A DNA stretch of 64,000 bases from a candidate division FCPU426 bacterium (GTDB taxonomy: Bacteria > Oederibacteriota > Muellerivitia > Muellerivitales > Muellerivitaceae): NCBI GenBank assembly GCA_963738405.1, contig CAVTWJ010000014.1:160001-224000 (forward strand). The letters run 5' to 3'. The notes under the pieces were generated by a model. It did no database searches. It was not told where the DNA came from and worked only from the letters and a program-made list of their open reading frames with translations. This document shows positions 45,476-55,600 of this stretch, in pieces; position 1 is the stretch's first letter, and every line of letters starts with the position of its first letter. The position numbers and the translations under genes were made by a program.

Positions 45476-48400
45476 AGGCGTGTATGTCTGTGTCGGGGTG
45501 CTGGTAAAAGTGGGGCTCAAGGTCATGGTGGGGGTTCTGCTAGCCGTGCTTGTTTGGGTCGGGGTAGAAGTCGTGGTAACGGTCAGGGTATGGGTGGGTG
45601 AGAGGGTGTTCGTCGGGCTGAATTGAGAGGTGGGGGTCGGGGTTTCGGTGGTGGTGGGAGTATTAGTAACCGTGTTAGTCGTTGTACGGGTGGATGTTGA
45701 AGTAAGCGTTGCCGTCAGGGAATAGGTTGAAGTGGCTGTTAAGGAAGCCGTAGGCGTATTGGTCTGGGTTCGGGTGGATGTAGAGGTACCTGTCTGGGTG
45801 GAGGTAACGGTGGTTGTGAGTGAAAGGGTAGGTGTTGGAGATAGGGTGTTGGTGGCGCTGAATTGGAAGGTGGCTGTAGGGGTCCCAGTAAACACAGGAG
45901 TAGAGGTCAAAGAAGATGTAGCGGTTTGAGTGGGGGTTACCGTGGCCGTAAAGGTCCGACTGGTAGTAGGAGTTTGAGTCAGGGTGGTCGTTTTGGTGTT
46001 GGTGGTGGTCGCGGTCAAGGTGGGGGTACTGGTACTGACGGGCGTGGAAGTGGTAGTAGCCGTGGAGGTAGAGGTACGGGTGGATGTTCCCGTAACCGTG
46101 AGGGTGGCCGTGGGAGTCACCGTCTGGGTGGCGGTCAGGGTGGTCGTTTTCGTCACGGTGGGGGTGGAAGTTTGGGTCGCCGTCAAGGTGCGGGTGGCAG
46201 TGGAGGTAGAAGTTGAGGTATTCGCCGGGGTGGGAGAGGAAGTCGAGCTCGGAGTAGGTGTACGGGTTGCGGTACTGGAAGGTGTAGGCGTGTTCGTAAG
46301 AGTCGGAGTGATCGTATTACTGGGAGTAGATGTCTTTGTAGGACTGGGGGTCGGCGTTAGGGATGGCGTGTTTGTTCGAGTGGCCGTCAAGGTGGGGGTG
46401 GGAGTGTTGGTCGATCCAGAAGAAATATCGCCGTACAAAATCCCGCGACCATTAGTGCCTATATACATCCGTCCATAAACGGTCTCATCACCGCCGGCAT
46501 ACCCCGCGGCTCCAAACTGGTGGTTGGCGTCGTTGATGCGGGTCCAGGTAGTCCCCACCCCGTCGTCGCAACGGAAGAAACCATAGGTGCCGCTCACCGT
46601 CCCCACTAGATAGACGGCCGGATGGTTGGCGGGGGGAGCCCCATTGGTGGATATACCAAACCCAACCGCAGTGGCGCTGGAAACATTGGCAATGGTGGCC
46701 TTCGTGGTTCCCCCATTGGTAAATCGGAACAAACCGCTTCCACCCGCGGGCACCCAAACCTCTCCCGCCTCCCCAAAAACCGCCCGAGGCATCCCGGTTC
46801 CAGTGAAGGTGTTGACCGAGGCAAAACTAGACCCGCTATTCGTGCTGACGTAAAGGGTGTTGCCGCTGGTGGCATAGATAGTAGTGGGGTTGACCCGGTC
46901 AGAGGCCAACTGGGCTCCCGAGGGAAGCCCCGTACAGGTAGTCCAGGCCCCGCCCAAGGATGAGGCATAAGCCGGAGAACCATAACCGTTATAGGGAGAA
47001 ACAACTACATGAGAGCCATTGGCGGCCACAGCTACCGAGCCCATTTCATTCGAAGTTCCATAGCCCGGAGGAGCGCTCCCCCAAGGGGTCCAGGTTTGGC
47101 CGTTGTTGGTGGAATAGGCCACGTCGGAAGTGGTCGTACTGCTGTTCCCCACTCTCACCACGTCGTTAGTGTTTGACTCGGCAAAGTCCACGCAGTTGGT
47201 GTTGGTGAAGCTGGGATTACAGTACATGCCTCCCGCGGGCGATTGGGTCAAGTTGGTATGGCGCATCCCCGAGATGTCCCCCACGGCGCTGAAAAAGATT
47301 CCGCCCGCCGAGGCCGAGTTAATCGCCAGCACGGCCGTTTCTTCCAGGCCGTAATCTTTAAAGGTCCAAGTGACACCGGCGGGCTGAGTTCCGGCCGTGA
47401 TGTTGGAGCTATCCCAAACCCCGCCCCCGGTGGTGTAAATGGCGTGGCCCGAATTGAAAGGGTCGATTCTGACGTCCCCTTGCCATCCTACGCCTCCGTC
47501 ATAGGTCGAGCAAAATCTTGTCCATAAAGCACCGTTGTTGTTGTAATTGGCGAAAGGTCCGCCATCCCAGCTATTTTGCGCGTTCCCAATGACCGACCAG
47601 CTGGTCCCGCCATTGGTCGTGCTGTAGATATGGTCAGGGCCGCCCCACCAATCCAAGGTGGCGACTACCACATGCTGGGCGTTTTCGGCATCCACGCTGA
47701 GACCACCAAATCCGCCGCTTCCCGCCGCCGGATTGGGCATTGTCACCTGCGTCCAAGCTAAGGTGCTGGTGTTTAACTTCCAGATTTGTCCGGTGGTAAT
47801 GCTATTGGGGCCGTATCCACCGCTGTCATAAACAACCCATAAATTGCCGTCGGTCCCAAGACAGGCGCGGGGAGTAATCATGTTGCTGGGTCCGCCAGGC
47901 ACGAGAGTCCAGCTGGCGCCCGCGTTCGTGGACCGGTAGAGGTTGCTGTTGCCCGAGGCCATGGCTTCCACCCCGACATAGATCGTGGCGGAGGCGGTTC
48001 CCGAGGTGCCATGGGGATCAAAAAGTACGTAACTCAAACCGTAACCGGCGTCGCCGCTTACCGGAAATCCCCCGACTTTGCTCCAACTGGCGGCGGAATT
48101 CGTGCTGGTCCATAACCCGTTGCTTCGAGAGGCGAAATAGAGGGTAGAGGTCAAATTGGGATCGACCGCAAGGCGTTCCCCGGCTTCGCGGCCGTCGTTG
48201 TTTCCGCCCATGGGCACGGCAATGGTGTTGACGGCCCAAGTATTTCCCTGGTCGGTGGAAGAAAGGATGACCCCGTTTCCACTGGCGGTGTACATTCCCG
48301 CAGCCTCATAAACCACATTTGCGTTTTTGGGATCAGGGGCAATGCTTTCCCCGCCGTAATAGTTGTACTGGCTGTTGCTGTACATGTCGTTGAGGGGAAC

Positions 48401-48622
48401 CCAGACGCTGTTGGCGTTGTCCCAACGATAGACGCCTCCGATATCCGTGCGGCAATAATAAAGACCGCTCTGAACCGGGCTGAATTCCACCCCGGCCACA
48501 AACCCTCCGGCTGGAATGGTTACGTTTTTCCAAGTATAGGTTTGGGCAAACGCTTGGGTAACAAATAGGCAGATGCCAATTGTCAGCGCTTTCATAAAAA
48601 GAGACTTCAATCCCTTGTTCAC
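44357..48622 (-). CDS. Secreted GH74 xyloglucanase + Thr stalk + unknown Ig-like domain + T9SS-like CTD
   Basis: YCRTDIGG, GERLAVDPN, GLEETAV, VGDISG, WTRIND..HQFG, YIGTNGRGILYGD. Confidence 0.92.
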   Translation of the reverse strand: MNKGLKSLFMKALTIGICLFVTQAFAQTYTWKNVTIPAGGFVAGVEFSPVQSGLYYCRTDIGGVYRWDNANSVWVPLNDMYSNSQYNYYGGESIAPDPKNANVVYEAAGMYTASGNGVILSSTDQGNTWAVNTIAVPMGGNNDGREAGERLAVDPNLTSTLYFASRSNGLWTSTNSAASWSKVGGFPVSGDAGYGLSYVLFDPHGTSGTASATIYVGVEAMASGNSNLYRSTNAGASWTLVPGGPSNMITPRACLGTDGNLWVVYDSGGYGPNSITTGQIWKLNTSTLAWTQVTMPNPAAGSGGFGGLSVDAENAQHVVVATLDWWGGPDHIYSTTNGGTSWSVIGNAQNSWDGGPFANYNNNGALWTRFCSTYDGGVGWQGDVRIDPFNSGHAIYTTGGGVWDSSNITAGTQPAGVTWTFKDYGLEETAVLAINSASAGGIFFSAVGDISGMRHTNLTQSPAGGMYCNPSFTNTNCVDFAESNTNDVVRVGNSSTTTSDVAYSTNNGQTWTPWGSAPPGYGTSNEMGSVAVAANGSHVVVSPYNGYGSPAYASSLGGAWTTCTGLPSGAQLASDRVNPTTIYATSGNTLYVSTNSGSSFASVNTFTGTGMPRAVFGEAGEVWVPAGGSGLFRFTNGGTTKATIANVSSATAVGFGISTNGAPPANHPAVYLVGTVSGTYGFFRCDDGVGTTWTRINDANHQFGAAGYAGGDETVYGRMYIGTNGRGILYGDISSGSTNTPTPTLTATRTNTPSLTPTPSPTKTSTPSNTITPTLTNTPTPSSTATRTPTPSSTSSPTPANTSTSTSTATRTLTATQTSTPTVTKTTTLTATQTVTPTATLTVTGTSTRTSTSTATTTSTPVSTSTPTLTATTTNTKTTTLTQTPTTSRTFTATVTPTQTATSSLTSTPVFTGTPTATFQFSATNTLSPTPTLSLTTTVTSTQTGTSTSTRTQTNTPTASLTATSTYSLTATLTSTSTRTTTNTVTNTPTTTETPTPTSQFSPTNTLSPTHTLTVTTTSTPTQTSTASRTPTMTLSPTFTSTPTQTYTPTQTFTPTRTSTLTATPTVTSTSTSTDSPTVTDTPTVTPTPTDTPPFTYTQTPTFTSTATATSTSTFTSTSTPTASNTSSWTPSFTPTVTSTKTFTPTLTSTQTYTPTSTATSAVVNMGSGFVGTVNTISGSGNITDIQVSVTNPSGAPVTLNNLTLTDSGTGNTADITGVSVVINGTAAGIQAVFTGNTANLTLSNYVLPPGTQTLQIVVNFSNSSSGTYNLSITTMTGTSGNNGGQAASFTGLPVTGYTVVVTRPTSTPTETATPSVTATPSITPAPTAIPGHVGIYPNPGTGPTVQVLPPPYIGISNVRVEVYTLAFRKVKDVTFDSIPSGTAVTLTLTGRGGNNLANGIYYVVVTVNGNRSIGKLLVLR

Positions 48623-48669
48623 TTCAGCAAATCCTTTTTCAAAGCAAAAACGTTATGAGTTGATATTAC

Positions 48670-48817
48670 AAAACCGGTTACATCGTTGAAATATATGGCA
48701 TTGAAGCGATACCAAAGTTTACCGAATTCTTCATTTTTCAGCGTAGAAAACGCTTTTCCGTTTCACGGTTAACTTCGATTGTTTTGAAGGAATTGAAATA
48801 AATTTTGAAGCGTTTCC
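48670..48817. promoter_or_regulatory. Cluster of LacI-type operator-like sites upstream of the GH74 gene
   Basis: AAAACCGGTTAC (48670), GAAAACGCTTTTC (48746), TGAAGCGTTTCC (48806). Confidence 0.55.
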
Positions 48818-48860
48818 CGTTTGACCGGCCACACAAGTCTTAATGTTTCACCCGCTTCAT

Positions 48861-51800
48861 CTAACGCAAGATCAGCAATTTAGCTGTGGATCTTCCCCCG
48901 CCTGTTGTCACCACGAGGTAATAAAGACCGTTCGACAAGGGATGCCCGCTTCTTCCCGTTAAGTTCAAGATCACCGCCGTGCCTGAGGGAACCGAAGTGA
49001 ATGTCACGTCCTGCACTTTCCTAAAGGCCAAACTGTAAATCTCAACCCTCACATTGGATGTTCCTGAATAGGAAGGGGGAAGAACATTGACGGTCGGACC
49101 AGTTGCGGGATTGGGATAAACACCAAGGAGCTCGGCAGTGGGGGTGTAAGTTTGTGTTACCGTACCCTGAAGAATAGTTGTGGAAGTCGGGCTTGGCGAA
49201 GGAGTGGCGCTGAATGACGCTGTGGAAGTTACAGTAGCCGTGGGCACAACAGGCGTATGGGTACTCGTGAGGGTCGGAGGGACTGATGTAAAAGTCGAAG
49301 TGGGCTGAGGTGTATTTGTCGATGTCGGAGGTATGGAAGTGTTCGTGGCGGTCGGCGGCACCGGGGTATTCGTCGATGTTTGCGGAACAAGCGTAGAGGT
49401 TCTGGTCGCGGTGGGAGGAAGGGGCGTGGCAGTCGATGTGAAAGTAGGAGGGACGGGCGTATTCGTGGCGGTTGGGAGAACCGCCGTACTGGTCAAGGTG
49501 GGCGGAACCGGACTATTCGTAGCCGTAAGGGTAGGCGGCACAAGAGTTTGTGTTGGGGTGCTGGAGGGCGGTGCCAATGTTTGAGTCGGCGTAAGGGTAG
49601 GGGGTACAGGCGTGGCGGTGGGCGTTAAAGTAGGTGGAACCGGGCTGTTTGTATTTGTGGCCGTTGGCGGGACCTGAGTATTGGTTCTCGTCGAAGTCGC
49701 GGTCGCCGTTACGGTCAAGGTGGCCGTCGGAGGCACAACGGTATTTGTTTTGGTAGCCGTAACCGTGCCGGTTGAGGTGGAAGTAACGGTCGGTGGAACG
49801 GGTGTATTGGTAGAGGTTGGGGGAACAGGGGTATGGGTGCGGGTCGCCGTTAAAGTCAGTGTGACGGTGGTCGTCGAGGTATTGGTCGGCGGCACAAGTG
49901 TGTTCGTGCCCGTGGCCGTGGGGGTACTCGTCACCGTCGAGGTCGCGGTTGGAGGAACCGGCGTATTTGTCTTTGTCGGGGTCGGCAGATTACACCCATT
50001 CCCGAATGCATCCATCGCGTGGGTAGGCTTCCCCGTGTTATCGAATGCCACCAACCCATAACCCATCCAGTTGTAGGCTTCCGGCTCCCAATAAAAAACC
50101 CCCAATCCATTCCCGCCCGGAAGGCCGCTGTTCTTGGCGATGATATCGGAAAGGAACGCGAAAGAATTCGTCGGGTCCGTAACGTCCATTCCCACTTCCG
50201 AAATGACAACAGGCTTTCCATAGCGGGTGATCATGTCGTTCATATTGGTCAGGCATTGGGAATCCAAGGTGGCCCAGTTGGTCGTGGAAGGGTAAAGGGA
50301 CATGCCGATGGCGTCCCAATTGGCGCCGGCAGCCTTTAATCCATCGAACATCCAGCGGAACAAAGTATTATCGTAGCCATTGGAAATGTGGATGACCACC
50401 TTGGCGGCCGGTTCCACCGATTTGACCGCCGCGTAACCGCTGTTAATAAGTTGGGCGAATGCCGGGAATCCGTTGACGGAGACCCGCCCCCCCGGGTCTC
50501 CCGTATTAACCGGCCACAGCATCCCATCATTCGTTTCGTTCCCCACCTGTACCCATTCGGGATGGACTCCCGCCGCCGACAAGGCGCTCAACACATCAAC
50601 CGTATGGTCATGGACCCCTTGGACCAGCTGGGCCATGGTGTAGGAGGCCCAAGCCGCCGGCTTGTTCTGTTGGCCGGGGTCAGCCCAGGAATCGCTGTAA
50701 TGGAAATCGATCATGATCCGGTAACCCATGGCATTGGCCCGGATGGCCATGGCCACCACGTCCGCTTTGCCTGACCATCCCGGCGCCGCGGGATTGACCC
50801 AAACCCGAAGTCGAATGGCATTAATGCACTTTTCCTGGAGGACCGACAGACATCCCATGGTCACCCCGGAATTGTCCTGGAAGGTTCGCCCCTGGGATTC
50901 CATTTGAGACAACCAACCCACATCCGCTCCCCGAGCGAAGGGAGCAGAAACACTCGAAGTAGCCGTCCAAGTTGGTATGGCGGTTAGAGTGCTTGTTTCG
51001 ATTGCCGTGGCTGTATTCGTGAATGTCGGTGGAACCACAGTATTTGTTCTTGTGGAGGTCGGTGTCAGAGTAAATGTTGGAGGCAAAGCCGTGTTGGTCC
51101 TAGTGGCGGTGGACGTTCCAGTCGCGGTTGAAGTAGGGGTGGGGGGAACAGGCGTTGAGGTGTGGGTTGAAGTCGAGGTTGCCGTGCTGATCGCCGTACT
51201 GGTACGGGTGGGTGTGGCGGTTGCAGTCGCTGTATTCATTGGAGTATTCGTTCGAGTCGCGGTTGAGGTGCCGGTTGTTGTAGCCGTCGGAGGAACTGCC
51301 GTGTTGGTACGGGTTGGAGTGGAGGTGAAGGTCGCTGTGGCGGCGGATGGCGTGTTGGTTCTCGTAAAAGTAGCCGTTGGCCCGCAAGCCGGAAAAGCCA
51401 CATCGTCCGTCCCCGCCATAGCCGCGTTGTAGGTTGTGACCGCAGCGGTATTGGAAGGCGCCTTGCCGTTGATCAGGCAGTTGCAATCGAAGGTGACTCC
51501 TTGGGTGTTGAACACGTCGAAAATCTTGGAGCCCGTCAGGGTGCAGGCGTCGAACAAGATGTTGGAGACCGGTGCCTGGGGCAGTCCCCACATAATCCCC
51601 ACGTTGGCCGTGCCGGTGGAAGCCTGACTCGCGGTGACATTCTGGAACTTGATATTTTCCCAGAAGGGCGTAGTGCTGTTGGCGGCTGAACCCGTGTCCG
51701 TGGCCGGATTGGAAGGCACGGTGGGGTAGTAGCTGTACATGAGGATGGGGTTGACCATGATGTTGGACATGGTGACGTTGGAGTAGGTGATGTTGGAGGT

Positions 51801-52649
51801 GATTCCGCCTTCGGTGTTGTTCGACTTCAGCCTCAACCCGTACTGGGTGCCGTTAAACACGCAGTTGTCGACCAGAACGTTGGAGACCCCTCCCGAAGTG
51901 ATGCTTCCGATGGAAAGACCGTGCCCCGTGCCGAAGGTACAGCCCGAGACCGTGACCCCGTTGCAGGCGTTGGAACCGCCGATCTGCACCACGTCGTCCC
52001 CGTCGCTGATGTAGCAGTTTTGGATGTTGACGTTCACGCCGCGCAGGTCGATGCCGTCGGTATTGGGGGAAGGCCAGGGGGCGGTGATGGAAAGGGCCGA
52101 AGCCAAAATGTTGGTGCCGTTGCCCAGAAACTGGATATGGAACTTGGGCGAGTTCTGCACCGTGATGCCCGACACCGTCACGCTCGTGCATCCCGTGAGC
52201 TCGATCATGGCGGGCGGGCGGTTGTCCGTTCCCCCGCCGTTGAAATAGGTCCACCATTCCTGCCCCTGGCCGTCCATGACGCCCGAACCGTTGATGGTGG
52301 TATTGGTCAGCTTGGAGCCGTAGAGAAAATCGGCGCTCACCGGATAGGCCGGGTGGCTTCCGGTGGCCGTCATGGGAAGCATCATGAGGGTGGCCCCGGC
52401 GGAAATTTGGAAGATCATGTTGCTCTTGAGGGTCATCGGGCCGCTATAGAAGGTGCCAGCTGGAACCAAGACAGTACCGTTGGTTCCTACCGCGTTGATG
52501 GCGGCCTGAATGGCGGCGGCGTTATCAGCATTACCCGTCGAGGCGTTATAGGGCGCCGAGGTAATATTGATGGTTTGGGAATTGGCGGTTGAACCGGTTA
52601 CACAAAAGAGGCCTATCAAAGTGAACAATGAAATGAATTTAAGTTTCAT
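48861..52649 (-). CDS. Secreted bifunctional GH28 polygalacturonase / GH53 endo-beta-1,4-galactanase + stalks + T9SS-like CTD
   Basis: GH28 [23 protein letters not shown]53 [45 protein letters not shown]. Confidence 0.92.
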   Translation of the reverse strand: MKLKFISLFTLIGLFCVTGSTANSQTINITSAPYNASTGNADNAAAIQAAINAVGTNGTVLVPAGTFYSGPMTLKSNMIFQISAGATLMMLPMTATGSHPAYPVSADFLYGSKLTNTTINGSGVMDGQGQEWWTYFNGGGTDNRPPAMIELTGCTSVTVSGITVQNSPKFHIQFLGNGTNILASALSITAPWPSPNTDGIDLRGVNVNIQNCYISDGDDVVQIGGSNACNGVTVSGCTFGTGHGLSIGSITSGGVSNVLVDNCVFNGTQYGLRLKSNNTEGGITSNITYSNVTMSNIMVNPILMYSYYPTVPSNPATDTGSAANSTTPFWENIKFQNVTASQASTGTANVGIMWGLPQAPVSNILFDACTLTGSKIFDVFNTQGVTFDCNCLINGKAPSNTAAVTTYNAAMAGTDDVAFPACGPTATFTRTNTPSAATATFTSTPTRTNTAVPPTATTTGTSTATRTNTPMNTATATATPTRTSTAISTATSTSTHTSTPVPPTPTSTATGTSTATRTNTALPPTFTLTPTSTRTNTVVPPTFTNTATAIETSTLTAIPTWTATSSVSAPFARGADVGWLSQMESQGRTFQDNSGVTMGCLSVLQEKCINAIRLRVWVNPAAPGWSGKADVVAMAIRANAMGYRIMIDFHYSDSWADPGQQNKPAAWASYTMAQLVQGVHDHTVDVLSALSAAGVHPEWVQVGNETNDGMLWPVNTGDPGGRVSVNGFPAFAQLINSGYAAVKSVEPAAKVVIHISNGYDNTLFRWMFDGLKAAGANWDAIGMSLYPSTTNWATLDSQCLTNMNDMITRYGKPVVISEVGMDVTDPTNSFAFLSDIIAKNSGLPGGNGLGVFYWEPEAYNWMGYGLVAFDNTGKPTHAMDAFGNGCNLPTPTKTNTPVPPTATSTVTSTPTATGTNTLVPPTNTSTTTVTLTLTATRTHTPVPPTSTNTPVPPTVTSTSTGTVTATKTNTVVPPTATLTVTATATSTRTNTQVPPTATNTNSPVPPTLTPTATPVPPTLTPTQTLAPPSSTPTQTLVPPTLTATNSPVPPTLTSTAVLPTATNTPVPPTFTSTATPLPPTATRTSTLVPQTSTNTPVPPTATNTSIPPTSTNTPQPTSTFTSVPPTLTSTHTPVVPTATVTSTASFSATPSPSPTSTTILQGTVTQTYTPTAELLGVYPNPATGPTVNVLPPSYSGTSNVRVEIYSLAFRKVQDVTFTSVPSGTAVILNLTGRSGHPLSNGLYYLVVTTGGGRSTAKLLILR

Positions 52650-52652
52650 CTT

Positions 52653-55600
52653 TTATCCCAATATTAGGATTTTGGAGAGGACCGAGCTCTTTTGTCCGTT
52701 GGACTCCACCGAGACCCGCAGGATGTAGACCCCGTTGGCAAGATGCGATCCCTTGATCGCCCGCTCGTTCCAGTAAAGCTCATGCTCCCCGGTCGTCCCA
52801 TAGGCCCCGCCCGTGACCGTCTGGGTCCAGATCAGCCTCATGGCCATGGTGTAGATACTCAAGGTGATCTTGGCGTTCGGGTCCAATAAAAGTGGATGAT
52901 TGGCAACTAACAATGAAGCCACCGCCCCGGTCTGATTTCCATTAAGAACAAACGAAAGAGTTGTTCCGTTTCCGGTCGAGGGGTTCGGAAAAGCCACCGC
53001 ACTGGCTACCGTCAAGGCCGCCGGAGCCGCCACTGGCTCTTGGCCCCAAGTCAGTGTTCCGTTCAAGTATCCGGTCACCTGTATCCAATCGGTGAAGCTC
53101 GTGTAGGCTGCGAAGCTCCAGTCATTGCCCTGGGCCATATTGCTCCAGTCGTTCTTGTTGAACCGGCTCTGGATTTGAATCGCCTGGCCCGGCTGCAAGA
53201 CCATGTTCCCCGTAAAGGTGTAAAGCACGTAGTTGGTCTGTCCTCCCAAGCTGGTTCCCTGCACTGACACCTGCACGTCGCCCGTAGCTGTGGTACCCGC
53301 CGGCATCAACCCAGCCCAATCCACAAAGGCTTGAACCGTCTGGTTCGTGCAATCGCAGTTAAACCAGTACTTCACCTGCACGTTGTTCAGGCTCAAGGGT
53401 CCGGTACCAGTGTTGACCACCTGGATCTGAGGATGGGGGCTGTTGGTGGTGCCGCTGGTCACTCCGCTCAGCAATTGAATCTTGAAGCTCGTGCTGGCGA
53501 CTATTACGGTGGGGGTCGGGGTGTCCGTCGGCAAAGGAGTAACGGTGAAAGTCATGGTCGGAGGGACAGGGGTCCTTGATGGAGTGGGAGAGGCTGTCCT
53601 CGTGGCGGTTCCAGTGGGTGTGGAAGTTCCCGTCGAGGTCGGAGGAACCGGTGTATTGGTTCGGGTAGCGGTAGAAGTAGAAGTGGAAACCAAGGTGTTC
53701 GTTGCGGTGGCTGTTGGCGGCAGAGCCGTAAAGGTGGAAGTGGGTGTTCGAGTTGGGGACGAGGGCACCGGGCTATTGGTATTTGTGGCTGTTGAGGTAC
53801 TCGTCGGTGGAACAGGCGTTGCAGTCCTCGTGGTGGTAGGCGGCACAGGGGTTGAAGTCGATGTGGAAGTGGGTGGAACAGGGGTACTTGTAGAAGTTGC
53901 GGGTACGGGTGTGCTGGTCGAGGTTGGCGGCACAGGCGTTTGAGTCATGGTGGGGGTAGCGGGAACGGGTGTGTTCGTTGTCGTGGGAGGAACAGATGTG
54001 CTTGTTGATGTTGCGGGCACAGGGCTGTTAGTGCTCGTAACGGTGGGAGGCACGAGAGTTGAAGTAGAGGTCGCGGGGACAGAAGTGCTGGTAGATGTTG
54101 GCGGGACCAAAGTGTTTGTAGATGTAGGCGGTACCGGGCTATTGGTATTCGTTGCCGTAGGCGGCACAGGTGTTTGAGTTGAGGTTGGGGATGGCGGTAC
54201 AGGACTATTCGTAGCGGTTGCGGTGGGCGGCACGGCCGTATTGGTTTTCGTGGAAGTCGCGGTGGCCGTTGGCGGAATGGAAGTATTGGTAGATGTAGGT
54301 GGTATAGCTGTATTCGTTCTCGTGGCGGTAGCCGTCGAAGTGGCCGTGGTGGTGGGTGTGGAGGTCGGCGGAACGGCCGTATTGGTCTTAGTTGCGGTGG
54401 CCGTACCTGTCGCGCTCGCCGTGGGAGTATTCGAGGGGGTGGGGGTGCGGCTCGGGGTGGAACTAGACGTGCTGGTCGCTGTCGGTACCGCCGTGTTCGT
54501 TCGGGTCGAGGTTGCGGTGGGCGGCAGGGGTGTGTTCGTTTTAGTCGCGGTAGCGCCCGTCCCCACCGTGGGTGTGGGGGTTGGGAACCCGGTTAATTCG
54601 AGACGTAGGTAATCATATTCAAACCCGTTTCCAACACCCGCCCCGCCGGTCGCCCGCATACCGATATCGATCTCGTTCATTCCTGCCTTCAGTTTATTGC
54701 CCGCGAAGTTCAGGTAAGCGTCACCCCATGCCCCCTGAGAACCCAGACGAAGGATGGAATCAAAACTGACGTTCGGCGGGTAGAAGCCGGTGGTGGCGTT
54801 GGTGATCGTGGTGTAGTTTCCGTCGGTGGAACCCATAACCGAGGCGGTTTGGACGGTACCGTTGATGGTGAGGATGCAGGCCGAGCTGAAAGCGGAAGCG
54901 AAGGCGATGTATAGCCTTGCGGTTTGGGACGTCGTGGGTGCCGTTGCCAAGTTGAAAAAAATCTTGGACGTGGACCCATTGAAGCCTCCCGATCCATTGG
55001 AAACGGTCGGCTGGCAATAGTCCCAAGCGGTGCCGGGGTCGCTGGTCCCGACCACAAAACTGACCCCGTTGGGATACTGGGCGGGATAAGCCATGAAAGC
55101 GCCCCAAGCCGCCGGAACATCGTAAGGAGGGCCGCCCGCGTAGGCCGGCAGGATACCGCTATAGGGCGTCGATTGGTGTTCTCCATTATTGAACTCATTC
55201 GAATTTCGGTCGGGAGAGCCGATTTCCCACACGGTGGGCCCCAGGCGCAAGGGCGACCAGGTCAGGGTGCCCAAATTCAAAGACTGGCCTGCGGTTACAG
55301 AGACATTGGCCTGCTCAAAGGTTCCGATCACGCCGGGGCCGAAAGCCCAAAGGTTATAGGTTCCGGGCAACACATTGGGAATTGAAAATGTTCCTCCCGT
55401 TCCCGTGCGGACCCAAAACTGGCTGGTGAAGTACTGCTGTTGGAAATCCACCCCGCCATCGACCGGCGCAAGCCCGATCCACAAGCTGACTGGCGAGGTT
55501 CCCGGATTGTTCGGATCATTGATTCCGAGAGTACCGCTCACCGTGGCGCGGCTTGAAGCCTGGGGATAGACCGTGCCGGTTGCGCCGGCCACCGGTTGGG

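Noticed and set aside
17950..54570. Repetitive DNA as a possible CRISPR array
   Set aside because: Repeats are in-frame low-complexity coding sequence with no fixed repeat-spacer periodicity, and no cas genes are present.
18072..54612. Many plus-strand Val/Gly-rich or Arg/Gly-rich ORFs (e.g. 24406-26862, 32324-33811)
   Set aside because: They are antisense shadows of Thr/Pro codons in the stalks, with no independent domain signal.
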